A stretch of 64,000 bases of DNA, taken from an uncultured Gemmatimonadales bacterium. Lineage in GTDB: Bacteria; Gemmatimonadota; Gemmatimonadetes; Gemmatimonadales; GWC2-71-9. The notes beneath the pieces were generated by a model. That model was not told the origin of the DNA and ran no database searches. It saw only the letters and a list, made by a program, of their open reading frames with translations. Both the position numbers and the translations under genes were made by a program. The DNA lies in NCBI GenBank assembly GCA_963720365.1, contig CAVRFK010000017.1, positions 210,750 to 274,749 on the forward strand, read 5' to 3'. Below are positions 29,572 through 39,657 of this stretch, one piece after another. Numbering within the stretch: the first letter of the stretch is position 1; each line of letters begins with the position of its first letter.

Positions 29572-32500
29572 TTTGATAGCGTGATGGACCGCTCCGGGGA
29601 GCAGACGGTCGAGCTCCCCGCCTGACAGATCTTCACCCGCCACGTCGCCGTGCCCTTGAACTTGTGGCTGCTGGTATGGCGGCCGTCGTTGGGCGTGCTG
29701 TTGATCCGCACCCCGTTCCGCCAGAAGTCCACGTTCGTACCGGTGGCCCCCGACCAGTTGTGGGTGATGTAATGCTTGGTCGCGTCGGTGCGGCCGGTGA
29801 CCGTCAGCGTGATGTTCGAGGTCGGATTGCTGACCGTCACCTGAGCCGAGTGCTGGCCGGTGCCGCCGCGGTTGTCGGTCACCGTCAACGTCACGGTGCG
29901 AGTCGCGGCCGACGCGTACGTCTTGCTCGGATTGCGAGACGTGGACGTCGTGCCATCCCCGAAATTCCAGCTCCACCCGGTGACGGTTCCGTCCTGGTCG
30001 TTACTCCCGTCGGTGAACGAGCATGCCAGCCCGGCGCAGGAGAACGTGAAGCCCGCCGTCGGGTTGACGTTCGGCGGCGGTGCGATGACCGTAACCGACT
30101 TCGAGACGGTGGCGGGCGCGTCGTCGTCGTCGGTGATCGCCAGCGCGACGGTGTAGGTCCCACCGCTCGCAAACGTGTGTGATGGATTCTGCGACGCGGA
30201 GGTCGCGCCATCGCCGAAGTCCCAGGCCCAGCTGTCCACGTTTCCGTCCGGATCGCCGCTGCCGTCGGTGAAGCTGCAGCCGAGCCCGGTGCAGGTGAAG
30301 CTGAAGTCCGCCGTCGGCTGCTGGTTCGGCGGCGTCCCGGCCGTGATCTGCCGGCTGACGACGCCTTGCACCCCTTCGTTGTCGGTCACCGTCAGCGTGA
30401 CCGTGTAGATCCCGTCGGTCGCGTAGCTGTGGGACGCATGCTGCTCGTTCGAGGTCACGCCGTCGCCGAAGGCCCAATGCCAGGCGGCGACGTGTCCGTC
30501 GGGGTCGCTGCTCCCGTCGGTGAACTCGCAGTCGAGCCCGGTGCAGCTCGACGCGAAGTTCGCGCTCGGCGTCTGGTTCGGCGGGGTGCCGACGGTGATG
30601 CGCTTGGTGGTCGTGCCCTGCCCGCCCAGGTCGTCGGTCACGGTGAGCCGGACGTCGTAGTTACCGCCGCTTCCGTAACTGTATGACGGGTTCCGCTGGG
30701 TGGAGGTGTTGCCGTCGCCGAAGCTCCACTGCCACGACGTGACCGCGCCATCCGTGTCCACGCTGCCGTCGGAAAAACTGCAGGCGTTCGCGGTACAAAC
30801 CGGGGTGTAGAACGCGTTGGGCGTCGAGTTGCCCGGGTTGTCGCCGCCGGCGAACGTCGCAGTCGCAGCGTTGGAGCAGATGCTGCTCCCGGCCTCGCAC
30901 ACCTTGAAGATGAAGGTCGTGGGCGCGGTCCCGTTCTTGGAGAAGGGCTGCTTGCCGTCGTTCTCCGTGCTCTGGAGCACCAGGCCGTTGCGATAGATGT
31001 AGACCGTCTGCCCTTGGGCTCGGGTCCAGGTCAACACCGACGTCTGCTTCCCCGACTCCGTCTTGGTCGTCAGCGTCAGCCCCAGCGGGTACTGCGGTCC
31101 CGGCACCGTGACCTGCCTGGTGACCGAGGCGCTGGCGTCTTCCCGGTCACGCGCCGTGAGCGTCACCGTGTAGGTGCCGGCCGACTGGTAGGCGTGATGC
31201 GGATCGCGCACGGTGGAGATCTGGCCGTCGCCGAAGTTCCATTCCCAGCCGGCGAGATTGCCGTCCGGATCGGTGCTGCGATCGGTGAAGGAGCAGTTCT
31301 GATCGCCGCAGCCGGCAAGGAAGGACGGCGCGGGCGGCGCGTTCGGGCCCGGCGTCGGCTCGGAGGTCGGTCCGACTTTGACGATCTTCCCGACCGACGG
31401 GACGCCGTTCTGGCCGATCAGGAAGATCATGTAGTGCCCCGGCGGCGCCTGGGTACCGCTCGGCGGCGCGGTGATCCTCACGCCACCCGACTCACGGGTG
31501 AACGTCAGCCACTGGAAGCGCCCGTTCATGTCGAAGGCGTGGGTAACGGAACCGAGCCGGCTCAGGCTCACCTTCGCGATGTCGTTCGGGTCGGGCGTCT
31601 CGATCCGAAAATCGGTGCCATAGCCGACCAGGGAGGGCGCGTCGGTGATCGTGGGCCGGGGACCCATGGAGAGGTACGGCGGTGAGTAGATCTCCGCGTT
31701 GAACTCCTCCGGCATCTCGGCGCCTTCGCCGCTGCCGGTGTGGAGCACGCGGCCATCAGGGAGCAGCAAGGTGGTCGAGTGGTACGTCCGCTTGATCGCG
31801 TTGCTCGCCATCATGGTCCAGACGCCGGTGGCCGGGTTCCACATCTCCGTGGCCAGGATGGCCTGCGACACGTCGGCGTACGCCGGCGAGCTGCTCCCGC
31901 CCGTCACGAACACCTCGCCGGTCGGCAGCACCGTGGCGTTGAGATTGCGCCGGGCGAAGGCCATCGAGCCGGTCCACTGCCAGGTCGGTAACGCGGTGTT
32001 CAGGTCGATGATCTCGGCGGTATTGGTGGTACGGCCGCCGCCTACGTAGAGGATCTTCCCCGCTTCGTACATCACGGCCGCGCCGTAGGGACGCGCGCCA
32101 TACTTCCGCTCGCCGACCACGGTCCAGCTGCCGCTGCCCGACGTGCTGAGGTAGCGGCTGGTCTGCTGCTCGCCGGCGTAGAAGACCTGGCCGTTCGGCG
32201 CGACGAAGGTGCGCGGATAGTACGGCAGCACCAGGCTGGCGTTGTCGAGCTGGCGGACGCCGTTGGGCGTCCAGACCTCCGGCTCGGCGACCTCGTCGCC
32301 GACTTCGTCGCGGCCGGCGAGGATCACGACCGAGCCGTTGGCCAGCGTCGTATTGGTGGGATACCACCGGCCGCGCCGCATGGGCGTGGACTGGGTCCAC
32401 GTGTTGTTCGCGGGGTTGAAGATGCTGATGTCAGGAATGCCGTGGTCGGAGGAGATGTGGCCCCCGGTGACCAGCACACGCCCATCCGCCAGCAGCGAAT

Positions 32501-33137
32501 GGCCGGAACAGAAGAGCTCCGCCTGGCTCGCCACTTCGGTGAACTGCCCGGAGGCCGGATCCCACACCTGCGGCTGGCCGGTCAGTCCCCACGAGAGCAC
32601 CTTGCCGTCGGGCAGCAGGCTCAGGTGGATCGCGACGACCGGCCAGGGGAACGGGCCGGTCCAGCTTCCCGCCTCGGCGGCCGTGAGCGAGGAGAACCGT
32701 GCGACCGCGGGCGCGCCGCACATCATGTTCAGGTTGCGCCGCCGGGCGACGCGCTGTCCGTCCCGATACAGCTCGACCACACCCAGTGCTCTGGTCTCGA
32801 GCTCGGTCTCGCTGAAGCCTGGATCTTCGATCGGTCCGGGTGGCAACGTGACGCCGCCGGTCTCGGACGTGCCGACGACGCGGTACGTCAGGTGAACCGA
32901 TCGCCTGGTCGAATTGGTCGCCAGGAACTTGTTGCTGCACACGTAGACCAGGTCGAGCGGCGCCAGGTTCCCGGCATCGTCGGCGGCCTTGAGCTCCTGG
33001 ACCGGAATGTCCGGTTTGTCGGTCGGCCCGCTGGTACCGTCGTCGGCGCAGGCGTTCAGAACGAAAAGGACAACACCGAGGCTGAGCGCGGAGCGGAGCC
33101 GCAGCCACGACATGAGCATGCTGAACCTGTGTCTCAT
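29568..33137 (-). CDS. Lipoprotein: copper-radical-oxidase (galactose/glyoxal oxidase-like kelch propeller + DUF1929-type E-set) followed by five PKD domains and two copies of a Cys-containing beta module
   Basis: 1189-aa ORF with lipobox VLFVLNAC. Catalytic-type motifs are ELFCSGHS, RGRWYPT, RTYHST and SVTHAFDMNGR. GHYMIFLIGQNGVPSVGKIVKV is the DUF1929-like end. The repeat C-x-GL-x-C-x-FTDGS-x-D-x-DG...W-x-W-x-FGDG occurs five times. The module T..W...G..V.(I/F).RNG......NDG...(V/I)C(E/Q)AGSS..CS occurs twice. Confidence 0.8.
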   Translation of the reverse strand: MRHRFSMLMSWLRLRSALSLGVVLFVLNACADDGTSGPTDKPDIPVQELKAADDAGNLAPLDLVYVCSNKFLATNSTRRSVHLTYRVVGTSETGGVTLPPGPIEDPGFSETELETRALGVVELYRDGQRVARRRNLNMMCGAPAVARFSSLTAAEAGSWTGPFPWPVVAIHLSLLPDGKVLSWGLTGQPQVWDPASGQFTEVASQAELFCSGHSLLADGRVLVTGGHISSDHGIPDISIFNPANNTWTQSTPMRRGRWYPTNTTLANGSVVILAGRDEVGDEVAEPEVWTPNGVRQLDNASLVLPYYPRTFVAPNGQVFYAGEQQTSRYLSTSGSGSWTVVGERKYGARPYGAAVMYEAGKILYVGGGRTTNTAEIIDLNTALPTWQWTGSMAFARRNLNATVLPTGEVFVTGGSSSPAYADVSQAILATEMWNPATGVWTMMASNAIKRTYHSTTLLLPDGRVLHTGSGEGAEMPEEFNAEIYSPPYLSMGPRPTITDAPSLVGYGTDFRIETPDPNDIAKVSLSRLGSVTHAFDMNGRFQWLTFTRESGGVRITAPPSGTQAPPGHYMIFLIGQNGVPSVGKIVKVGPTSEPTPGPNAPPAPSFLAGCGDQNCSFTDRSTDPDGNLAGWEWNFGDGQISTVRDPHHAYQSAGTYTVTLTARDREDASASVTRQVTVPGPQYPLGLTLTTKTESGKQTSVLTWTRAQGQTVYIYRNGLVLQSTENDGKQPFSKNGTAPTTFIFKVCEAGSSICSNAATATFAGGDNPGNSTPNAFYTPVCTANACSFSDGSVDTDGAVTSWQWSFGDGNTSTQRNPSYSYGSGGNYDVRLTVTDDLGGQGTTTKRITVGTPPNQTPSANFASSCTGLDCEFTDGSSDPDGHVAAWHWAFGDGVTSNEQHASHSYATDGIYTVTLTVTDNEGVQGVVSRQITAGTPPNQQPTADFSFTCTGLGCSFTDGSGDPDGNVDSWAWDFGDGATSASQNPSHTFASGGTYTVALAITDDDDAPATVSKSVTVIAPPPNVNPTAGFTFSCAGLACSFTDGSNDQDGTVTGWSWNFGDGTTSTSRNPSKTYASAATRTVTLTVTDNRGGTGQHSAQVTVSNPTSNITLTVTGRTDATKHYITHNWSGATGTNVDFWRNGVRINSTPNDGRHTSSHKFKGTATWRVKICQAGSSTVCSPERSITLSN

Positions 33138-33564
33138 CGAGAGATGGAGAGTGCTGGCACGATTGTTCCGAATTCTTGCACGGCACGTGCCCGATGCGAC
33201 TACCGCCCGGCGGGTTCAGCGAACGTCGTCTAACTGGCAAGACCGCAGGATCTTAGTGTCGACGGCCAGGGGCTCGATTTCGCGCGTTGGCGATGTGAGC
33301 GGGCACGAAACTGCGGCGTCGACCCATCACCAGGCTGTTACAACCTGACCTGCGACGTCACTCTGGTTACTATCCCAGCCCGACCCCCGGGCCTCGGGAG
33401 CCACACCATCGAAATCGGCCACGTAAACCGGAGCCGTGCAACTTATTGCGCTACTACATGTTTCACCGCTTGCCTAAAGCTGTATCTGAAGCCGCCCAGG
33501 GCGGCCGCCGATTGCGTCGGTCCTCACCGAGCGCCACTTTTCGCATGCTCACTTTGAGCTCGCG

Positions 33565-36223
33565 ATGGCATCCACCCTGACCTGCCTCAACTGCGGCGAG
33601 ACCGTCCGACTGGCGGATCGGTTCTGCTCGCAGTGCGGCGACGAGCTGACACTCAGCTCGCATCCGACCGCGCTGCTGGAGACCGACCTCCACCCCGACG
33701 ACGATCCCGAATCGCCCTGGGCCGAAGTGGTCCAGCGGCTGCGCCGCGCGCTGTTCGGGGAGTTCGACGTCGGTCGCGAGCTCGGCCGCGGCGGCATGGC
33801 CGCCGTGTTCCTGGCCCACGATGTGTCGCTCGACCGCAAGGTCGCGATCAAGGTGATGGCGCCCGGCCTCCTCATGGGCGAGGGCATGATCGAGCGGTTC
33901 CGCCGCGAAGCCATCACCATCGCGCACCTCAATCACCCCAACATCGTGTCGTGCTTTTCGGTCAGGCAGGCGGGCGGTCTTCATTTCTTCGTCATGCGGT
34001 ACATCCGCGGCCGGTCGCTGGAACAGATCATTCGTGACAGCGGCCGTCTGCCGGTTGCGATCGCCCGTTCCATCCTCTGCCAGGTCGGATCCGCGCTCAC
34101 CTACGCCCACCGCTCCGGCGTGGTGCACCGCGACGTCAAGCCGGCCAACATCCTGATCGACGAAGACGGCAACGCGGTCGTCACCGACTTCGGCATCGCC
34201 AAGGTGGCGCAGCTTCCCGGCTCGACGCACAGCGGCGCGCTCGTGGGCACGCCCGCGTACATGAGTCCGGAACAGTGCCGCGGCGGCGAAGTCTCCGGCG
34301 CGTCGGACCAGTACTCGCTCGGCGCAGTGGCGTACGAGATGGTCACCGGCGTCGCGCCCTTCATCGGCTCAACCCTGACCGTCATGCAGGCGCAGGTAGA
34401 GCAGCCGCCTACGCCGATCCGGGAGCGCGTGCCCGACTGCCCGCCCGATCTGGAGGCGGCCATTCTGCGGATGCTGGCCAAGGATCCCGCCGAGCGGTTC
34501 CCCAACATGGCCGACGCCAAGATGGCGCTGGGCGCGACCCCGCTGCTCGAGGACGATCCGCTCCTGGCGGAGCTCAGTCGCCTTGCCGCGGCGAGCTCGA
34601 CCCCACCGGCGACGCCGGTGCCGGTGAGCCCGGTGCCCCAGGGCGCTTCCGCCGTCGCGGGCCGCTCAGCCGTCGCGGGGCCGGCGCGGAGTGTCGTCAT
34701 CCTGCCGCCCCCGGCCGAGCTGGTCACCGGTGACAGCTTCGCGCTCGTCGCGTTGGTGCGCGGCGAGCGCGGCACCCCGTTGCCCAGCCGCACGGTCGAG
34801 TGGACCACCGATGCGCCGGACGTGCTGCATCTCGATCGCACCCGCAACGTCGCCACGGCCGTCGCGCCCGGCTCCGCGGTCCTGATCGCGACCTGCGACG
34901 GCGTCCTGGCCCGGGTCCAGGTGCGCGTGCCGCCAGCGCTGGAGCTGTTCGACCGCCCACTGGAAGAAGCCTCCAGCATCCAGATCTCGGCCCCCCCGAA
35001 GGCCGTCCGCGCCGGGGATTCGTTCGTCCTCACGGCCACGCCCCTCGATCCCGCCGGACAGCCCCTCGCCGAGTCCACGGTGCTCTGGAGCACCAGCGAC
35101 GTGCGCGTCGCGGTCGTCACGGCGGAGGGCTGGGTCGCCGCGCTCGGCCGCGGTCAGGTGATGCTGACGGCGACGCGAGGCGCCACCAGCGCGTCGATCG
35201 CCATCAACGTGGAGCACGCCATTCCGGCGCGGCGGCCCGAGCGGCCGGCGCATGGCCCGAAGACCGTCGCGGCTCCGCTGTCGCCGGCGCCGGGGACGAG
35301 CCGGATCACCGCTCCACCTGGCGCCGTCGCGGCAACCGGTCCCGTCGCGCGCTCGTGCGGGGCATCGCTGGGCTCGCGGCGGTGGCCGCCTGCCTCTGGC
35401 TCTTCGGCGGGCTGCGCGATTTCCGATGGACCGGCGGCCTCCCCTGGGGCACGGCCAGCGATAGCGTCCCCGCTCGTCACCGATTCCACCCCCAGCAGCG
35501 AGCCGGTGGACTCGGCCGCCTCGGCCGACCAGGCCGTCACCGCCACGACCGACTCGGCCCCCGCCCGGCGGAGAGTCGCCACCCAGCGGCGGACCGCCTC
35601 CAGCGCGCCCACCGACTTCCCCGACCGCGGCGGCCCGGATTCCGGGCTCGTGGGTGCTGAAGACACGCTCGAAGCGGGCGCGGCGGTCGCCCCCGAGTTC
35701 GCCGGGGACAACGCCTTTCCCGATCCCTCCGCGTATGCGCCCTCCGAGGGGAATGCGGAGCGCGATGACCGGGTGGACCCGCCTCCCCCGCCCGTCGCCA
35801 CCACTCGGCCGACCCGCCCCACGGTGGCGCGGCCCAAACCGCTCCCCTCCACCGAGCGCCGCGAGCTGGAGTCGAGGATGCGCCAGGGCGTGGACGACTG
35901 TTATGGCGCCGTCCGCTCCAAGAACCTCGACCGGCTGGCGGCGATGTACCGGCCCCGGACCTATGCCGACGACGAGAAGCTGAAGCGCCTGACGACGATC
36001 CTTCGCACGGAGCCGTGGAGGGCGATGGTGGGCAAGCGGGTGGACGGCGTTCGGGAAATGAGTGCGGACGCGGGCGCGGCGGAGTTCAGCTTCCGGCTTG
36101 TATTGGAGGGGAACGCACGGCGGTCAGCTCAGCAGTCAGCCGATATTCCGCGCGGAGTTCGCGCGTGACGCCGGCGGCTGGACCATGTCGAGCTGCCGCA
36201 TCGTCGGCTCTCCCAAGCTCTGA
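33565..36223 (+). CDS. Ser/Thr protein kinase with N-terminal zinc ribbon, two Big_2-like Ig domains, a low-complexity region and an NTF2-like C-terminus; frame breaks (near 36100, possibly also 35340-35465)
   Basis: CLNCGETVRLADRFCSQCG is the zinc ribbon. Hanks kinase motifs are GRGGMAAVF, VAIKV, HRDVKPANIL, DFGIAK and GTPAYMSPEQ. AVLIATCDGVLARVQV and VMLTATRGATSASIAI are Big_2-like. After a shift near 36100 the frame reads ...RLVWRGTHGGQLSSQPIFRAEFARDAGGWTMSSCRIVGSPKL-stop at 36221-36223. As assembled, the ORF stops at 36168. Confidence 0.75.
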
Positions 36224-36630
36224 TCGGACCCGTCGCGGACGCCGACCATCCCCGTTCGTTCGTAGACCACCAGCTGCAGTGAGGCGCTGCGCGCCCCCTG
36301 CGCGGCAAACGACACCACGAGGCGACGTCGTGGCGCGCTGCCCCGAACCTCGTAGGCCAACCGGCCCCGGCCGAGGGTGCCACGGCCGCCGGTTTCCAAC
36401 GACACGCATCCCTCGCCGGAGCCGCGATATGCTTCGCTCCCGAAGCGCACGAAGCCATCGGTGGACAGGTCGAAGCGATCGTACTGCACCCCGAAGCGCT
36501 CGAACTCGAAGCCCACGGGCAGCGGTCCGCTGGTTTCGTGTTCGTCCAGGGTCATCGCGTTGGCGGTGGGGGCCGGCTCCGACGTCGGCACCATCAGCGT
36601 GCGGGTCAACTGAACCATGAACATGCTCAC
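36136..36630 (-). CDS. Hypothetical small beta-rich protein (3' end uncertain)
   Basis: 164-aa ORF, divergent from the BTAD regulator. The core PVGFEFERFGVQYDRFDLSTDGFVRFG...RLVVSFAA...LQLVVYERTG looks protein-like. The last roughly 30 codons overlap the corrected kinase 3' end and may be wrong-frame. Confidence 0.4.
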   Translation of the reverse strand: MSMFMVQLTRTLMVPTSEPAPTANAMTLDEHETSGPLPVGFEFERFGVQYDRFDLSTDGFVRFGSEAYRGSGEGCVSLETGGRGTLGRGRLAYEVRGSAPRRRLVVSFAAQGARSASLQLVVYERTGMVGVRDGSDQSLGEPTMRQLDMVQPPASRANSARNIG

Positions 36631-36690
36631 TCCTGGCTGGATCCCGGGACCTCGTGACCGTCGCGACGATGCCCAAGGCCAGTCAAGCCG

Positions 36691-38604
36691 ATGTCAAGCG
36701 AGGCGGACGTGATCCTCTGCCGTACCCTCGGACCCGTAGACGTCAGTCTGGATGGCGGTCCCGCACCCTCCGAGCTCCTGTGGCGCAAACATCTGGCTCT
36801 GCTCATCTATCTCGCCCGCTCGCCCCGCCGAACCCGGACCCGCGATCACCTGGTCGGGCTGCTCTGGGGTGACCGGACCGAAACCGCCGCACGCCACTCC
36901 CTGAGCGAGGCGCTGCGGGTGATCCGGCGCCACGCCGGCGAGGACGCGATCGACACCAGCCAGGGCCAGGTCCGACTGACCGGCCAGGTGGAAGTGGATG
37001 TGGACCAGCTCGAAAGCCTCGCCACCGCCGGGCAGTGGGAAGAGGCGGCGGTCCTCATCGCCGGGGATTTTCTGGAAGGCTTCGCCGTGCCCGGCGCCTC
37101 GGAGTTCGAGGACTGGCTCGCCGCGGAGCGCGAGCACTGGCGGCGCCGGGCGGTGGAGGTGCTGGTGCGCGGATCGGAAGCGCTCTCGCACGGGGGCCGC
37201 ACGCAGGAAGGCTCCGCCCTCGCCAACCGGGCTCTCGCGCTCGAGCCCTCCTCCGAGCGCGCCCTCGGGGCCGTGCTCCGGTGCCTGTCGCTGGCCGGGG
37301 ACCGCGCCGGCGCGCTGGAGCAGTTCGAGCGCTACCGCAACCGTCTCTCCGAACAGGTCAGCATGGAGCCGGGCGAGGAAATCCTCGCCCTCGTCGAGCG
37401 CGTGCGCCGGGAACGCGGCATCCGCGCGGAGGTCGCGGCGGCGGTGGGCGAGTCGGTCGTCCGCGCGCCGCTCGAGGGCCGGGCGAAAGAGCTGGGCCGG
37501 GTGCTCGAGACCGTCGCATCCGCCTCGCAGGAGCGCCGCGCGGCGCTGTTGGTGCTCGAGGGAGACTCCGGCGTCGGCAAGACCCGGTTGCTGGAGGAGA
37601 CGCTCGCGCGGCTCCGGCTGGACGGCGTCGGCATCGCCGCGGCACGGGCGGTCGAGGCCGATCGCGAGGAGCCCTGGAGCGGCGTGCTGACGCTCGCGCG
37701 GGGTGGCCTGCTCGACCTGCCGGGGATCGGCGCGGCTCCCGCGGAGGCGCTCGCCGCGTTCGCGGTGCAGCTCCCGGAGTGGCGCGAGCGCTTCCGCGGT
37801 GTCCCGCTCGATGGGCCCATGCCCCTGGGCCGGGCCCTGGGCGAAGTGCTTCGCGCGGCGCTGGAGGAGCACCCCGCCGTGCTCGCGGTCGACGACGCCC
37901 AGTGGCTCGACCCGGACTCGGCGTCGAGCCTTGGCCCCGTGCTGCGGGACCTGTCGGCCACGCGGCTGAGCGTCCTGCTCGCGGTGGTGCCGCATCCCCC
38001 TCGCCCCGAGCTGGACGAGCTCCGGTCCCGCCTGGGTCGCGACATGGGCGGCGAGGCGATCCGGCTTCGCCCGCTCGATCGGAACGCGCTCCGGCGGCTG
38101 GCCGAGCGGATGCTGCCGGGCTACGAGCCGGTGGCGATCGACCGGGTGAGCCGCCGGGTGGCCACCGACTCCGCCGGCATGCCGCTGCTCGCGGTGGAGC
38201 TCCTCCGGGCCGTGGCGCTCGGTCTCGACCTCGGCACCATCTCGGAGGCGTGGCCGGAGCCGCTCCGGACGCTGGATCAGACGCTGCCGGGCGACCTGCC
38301 GGACGCGGTCGTCGCCGCGATCCGGATCGGGTTCCGGCGCCTGAGCCCCTCGGCCCAGCGGGTCCTCGCCGCGGCCGCGGTGATCGACGAGCTGGTGCCC
38401 CCGGCGGTGCTGGAGCGGGCGGTGGGCCTGAGCTCCGAGGAGACCGCGATCGCCCTCGACGAGCTGGAGTGGCACCGCTGGCTGGTGGCTGAGCCCCGCG
38501 GCTACGCCTTCGTCGCCCGGATGGTGCGGCGGGTGGTCGATCGCGACATGGTGACGGCCGGGCAGCGTCAGCGCGTGCTGGACGCCGTCCGGCGCTCCCG
38601 ATAG
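36691..38604 (+). CDS. AfsR/SARP-like regulator: winged-helix DNA-binding + BTAD + P-loop (STAND-type) ATPase
   Basis: 637-aa ORF. The N-terminus LGPVDVSLDGGPAPSELLWRKHLALLIYLA...LVGLLWGD is an OmpR/SARP-type wHTH. The BTAD-like helical region includes DFLEGFAVPGASEFEDWLAAEREHWRR...GDRAGALEQFERYRNRLSEQVSMEPGEE. Walker A is LVLEGDSGVGKTRLLEE and Walker B-like is AVLAVDDAQWLD. Confidence 0.75.
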   Translation: MSSEADVILCRTLGPVDVSLDGGPAPSELLWRKHLALLIYLARSPRRTRTRDHLVGLLWGDRTETAARHSLSEALRVIRRHAGEDAIDTSQGQVRLTGQVEVDVDQLESLATAGQWEEAAVLIAGDFLEGFAVPGASEFEDWLAAEREHWRRRAVEVLVRGSEALSHGGRTQEGSALANRALALEPSSERALGAVLRCLSLAGDRAGALEQFERYRNRLSEQVSMEPGEEILALVERVRRERGIRAEVAAAVGESVVRAPLEGRAKELGRVLETVASASQERRAALLVLEGDSGVGKTRLLEETLARLRLDGVGIAAARAVEADREEPWSGVLTLARGGLLDLPGIGAAPAEALAAFAVQLPEWRERFRGVPLDGPMPLGRALGEVLRAALEEHPAVLAVDDAQWLDPDSASSLGPVLRDLSATRLSVLLAVVPHPPRPELDELRSRLGRDMGGEAIRLRPLDRNALRRLAERMLPGYEPVAIDRVSRRVATDSAGMPLLAVELLRAVALGLDLGTISEAWPEPLRTLDQTLPGDLPDAVVAAIRIGFRRLSPSAQRVLAAAAVIDELVPPAVLERAVGLSSEETAIALDELEWHRWLVAEPRGYAFVARMVRRVVDRDMVTAGQRQRVLDAVRRSR

Positions 38605-38608
38605 GGCG

Positions 38609-38643
38609 AAAAACATTCGGCCCCGTCCGAGGACGGGGCCGAA
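38609..38643 (-). terminator. Intrinsic terminator for the minus-strand PKD lipoprotein gene
   Basis: GC-rich hairpin TTCGGCCCCGTCC / GGACGGGGCCGAA (38616-38643). On the minus strand it is followed by TGTTTTT (complement of 38609-38615). It sits between convergent genes ending at 38604 and 38667. Confidence 0.65.
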
Positions 38644-38666
38644 CGGTGCTGCGACCATCGAACCGC

Positions 38667-39657
38667 TTACTGCTGCGGCGTCGCCGTGATCGTGATGACC
38701 AGGTCGTTGAAGTCCGGCTCCGGCGGCGTGGCGTCTTCGCCGTCATCGAACTCCAGCGTCCATTCCGGGTAGGTACCGATCACCCGGAGCGCCGGGGCGA
38801 CTTCCTGCTTGAGCGAGCCGGAGATCACCTCCGCGTTCAGCTCGGTGCCCGCCACGTACGCGTTGCCGCTGTTCAGATCGAAGGTGGTGCCCACCTCGGG
38901 CTCGTAGCACCCGTCGGTGATCAGCACTTCCTCGGCCGGCTGCGTGATCCGGAAGGTGTTGTTCCGGGCGGTGCACTCGCGGCTGGTGAGGGTCACGGTG
39001 ACGACCGCGTCGTCCTCCAGCGTGAGCGTGCAGTCCACGCCGTCGCAGGTGAGGCTGCGCGGAGGGCGAGACGGTGAAGTTGACGGTCTTGGTGCTGCTG
39101 AGGCCGTCGTCGTCCGTCACGGTCAGGCTCGCCGTGAACTGGGTGAGCTCGTCGACGTCGTAGCTGTGGGTGCCCGGATTCTGGACGTTGCTGGTCTCGC
39201 CGTCGCCGAATTCCCAGGCCCACGATACGATGGTGCCGCCGTCGGAGTCCTCGCTGTCGTCCTCGAAGGTGCAGTCGAGCGAGAAGCAGGTGACCGTGAA
39301 GCCGGCCACCGGCGCCCCTGGCGCCGGCTCGGTGACGCTGACGGTCTTGGTGACCGTACCCTCTTCGCCGCCGTTGTCGGTGACGGTCAGGGAGACCTGG
39401 AAGTCGCCGGCCAACGCGTAGGTGTGCGTCGGATTGTTGTTGCCCGAGAGAGCGTCGTCCCCGAAGTCCCAATCGGACTCGGCCACCGTCCCGTCGCTGT
39501 CGCTCGACAGGTTGGTGAACGTGCAGTCCAGATCGGTGCACTCGAAGGCGAAGTTCGCCGTCGGGGCTTCGTTGTCCGGATCGTTCGAGTCACCACAGCC
39601 GGCCGCGGCCAGGCCGAGGACCAGCATGCCCAGGTTCTTCCAACGCGTCGCGCTCAT
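38667..39657 (-). CDS. Lipoprotein with two PKD domains and a conserved Cys-containing C-terminal module; one frame break near 39052-39054
   Basis: MSATRWKNLGMLVLGLAAAGCGD is the lipobox. CTDLDCTFTNLSSDSDG...WDFGDD and CFSLDCTFEDDSEDSDG...WAWEFGDG are the PKD domains. After the shift: TCDGVDCTLTLEDD...GTTFDLNSG...TYPEWTLEFDDGEDATPPEPDFNDLVITITATPQQ-stop. Confidence 0.7.

Noticed and set aside
29600-31400. Periodic DNA repeats that might be mistaken for a CRISPR or tandem-repeat array. The decamer duplications at 9720-9841 raise the same question.
   Set aside because: The periodicity here is the coding repeat of PKD domains, imperfect at the DNA level and in frame within a long ORF. The 9720 element has only two decamers per arm in an inverted arrangement. 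No repeat-spacer structure or cas genes are present.
33155-33180. Sigma-54-like promoter TGGCACGATTGTTCC upstream of the kinase gene.
   Set aside because: The -12 element reads TTCC instead of TTGC, so the conserved GC dinucleotide is disrupted. The site is about 400 nt from the start codon, and no enhancer-binding protein gene is nearby.
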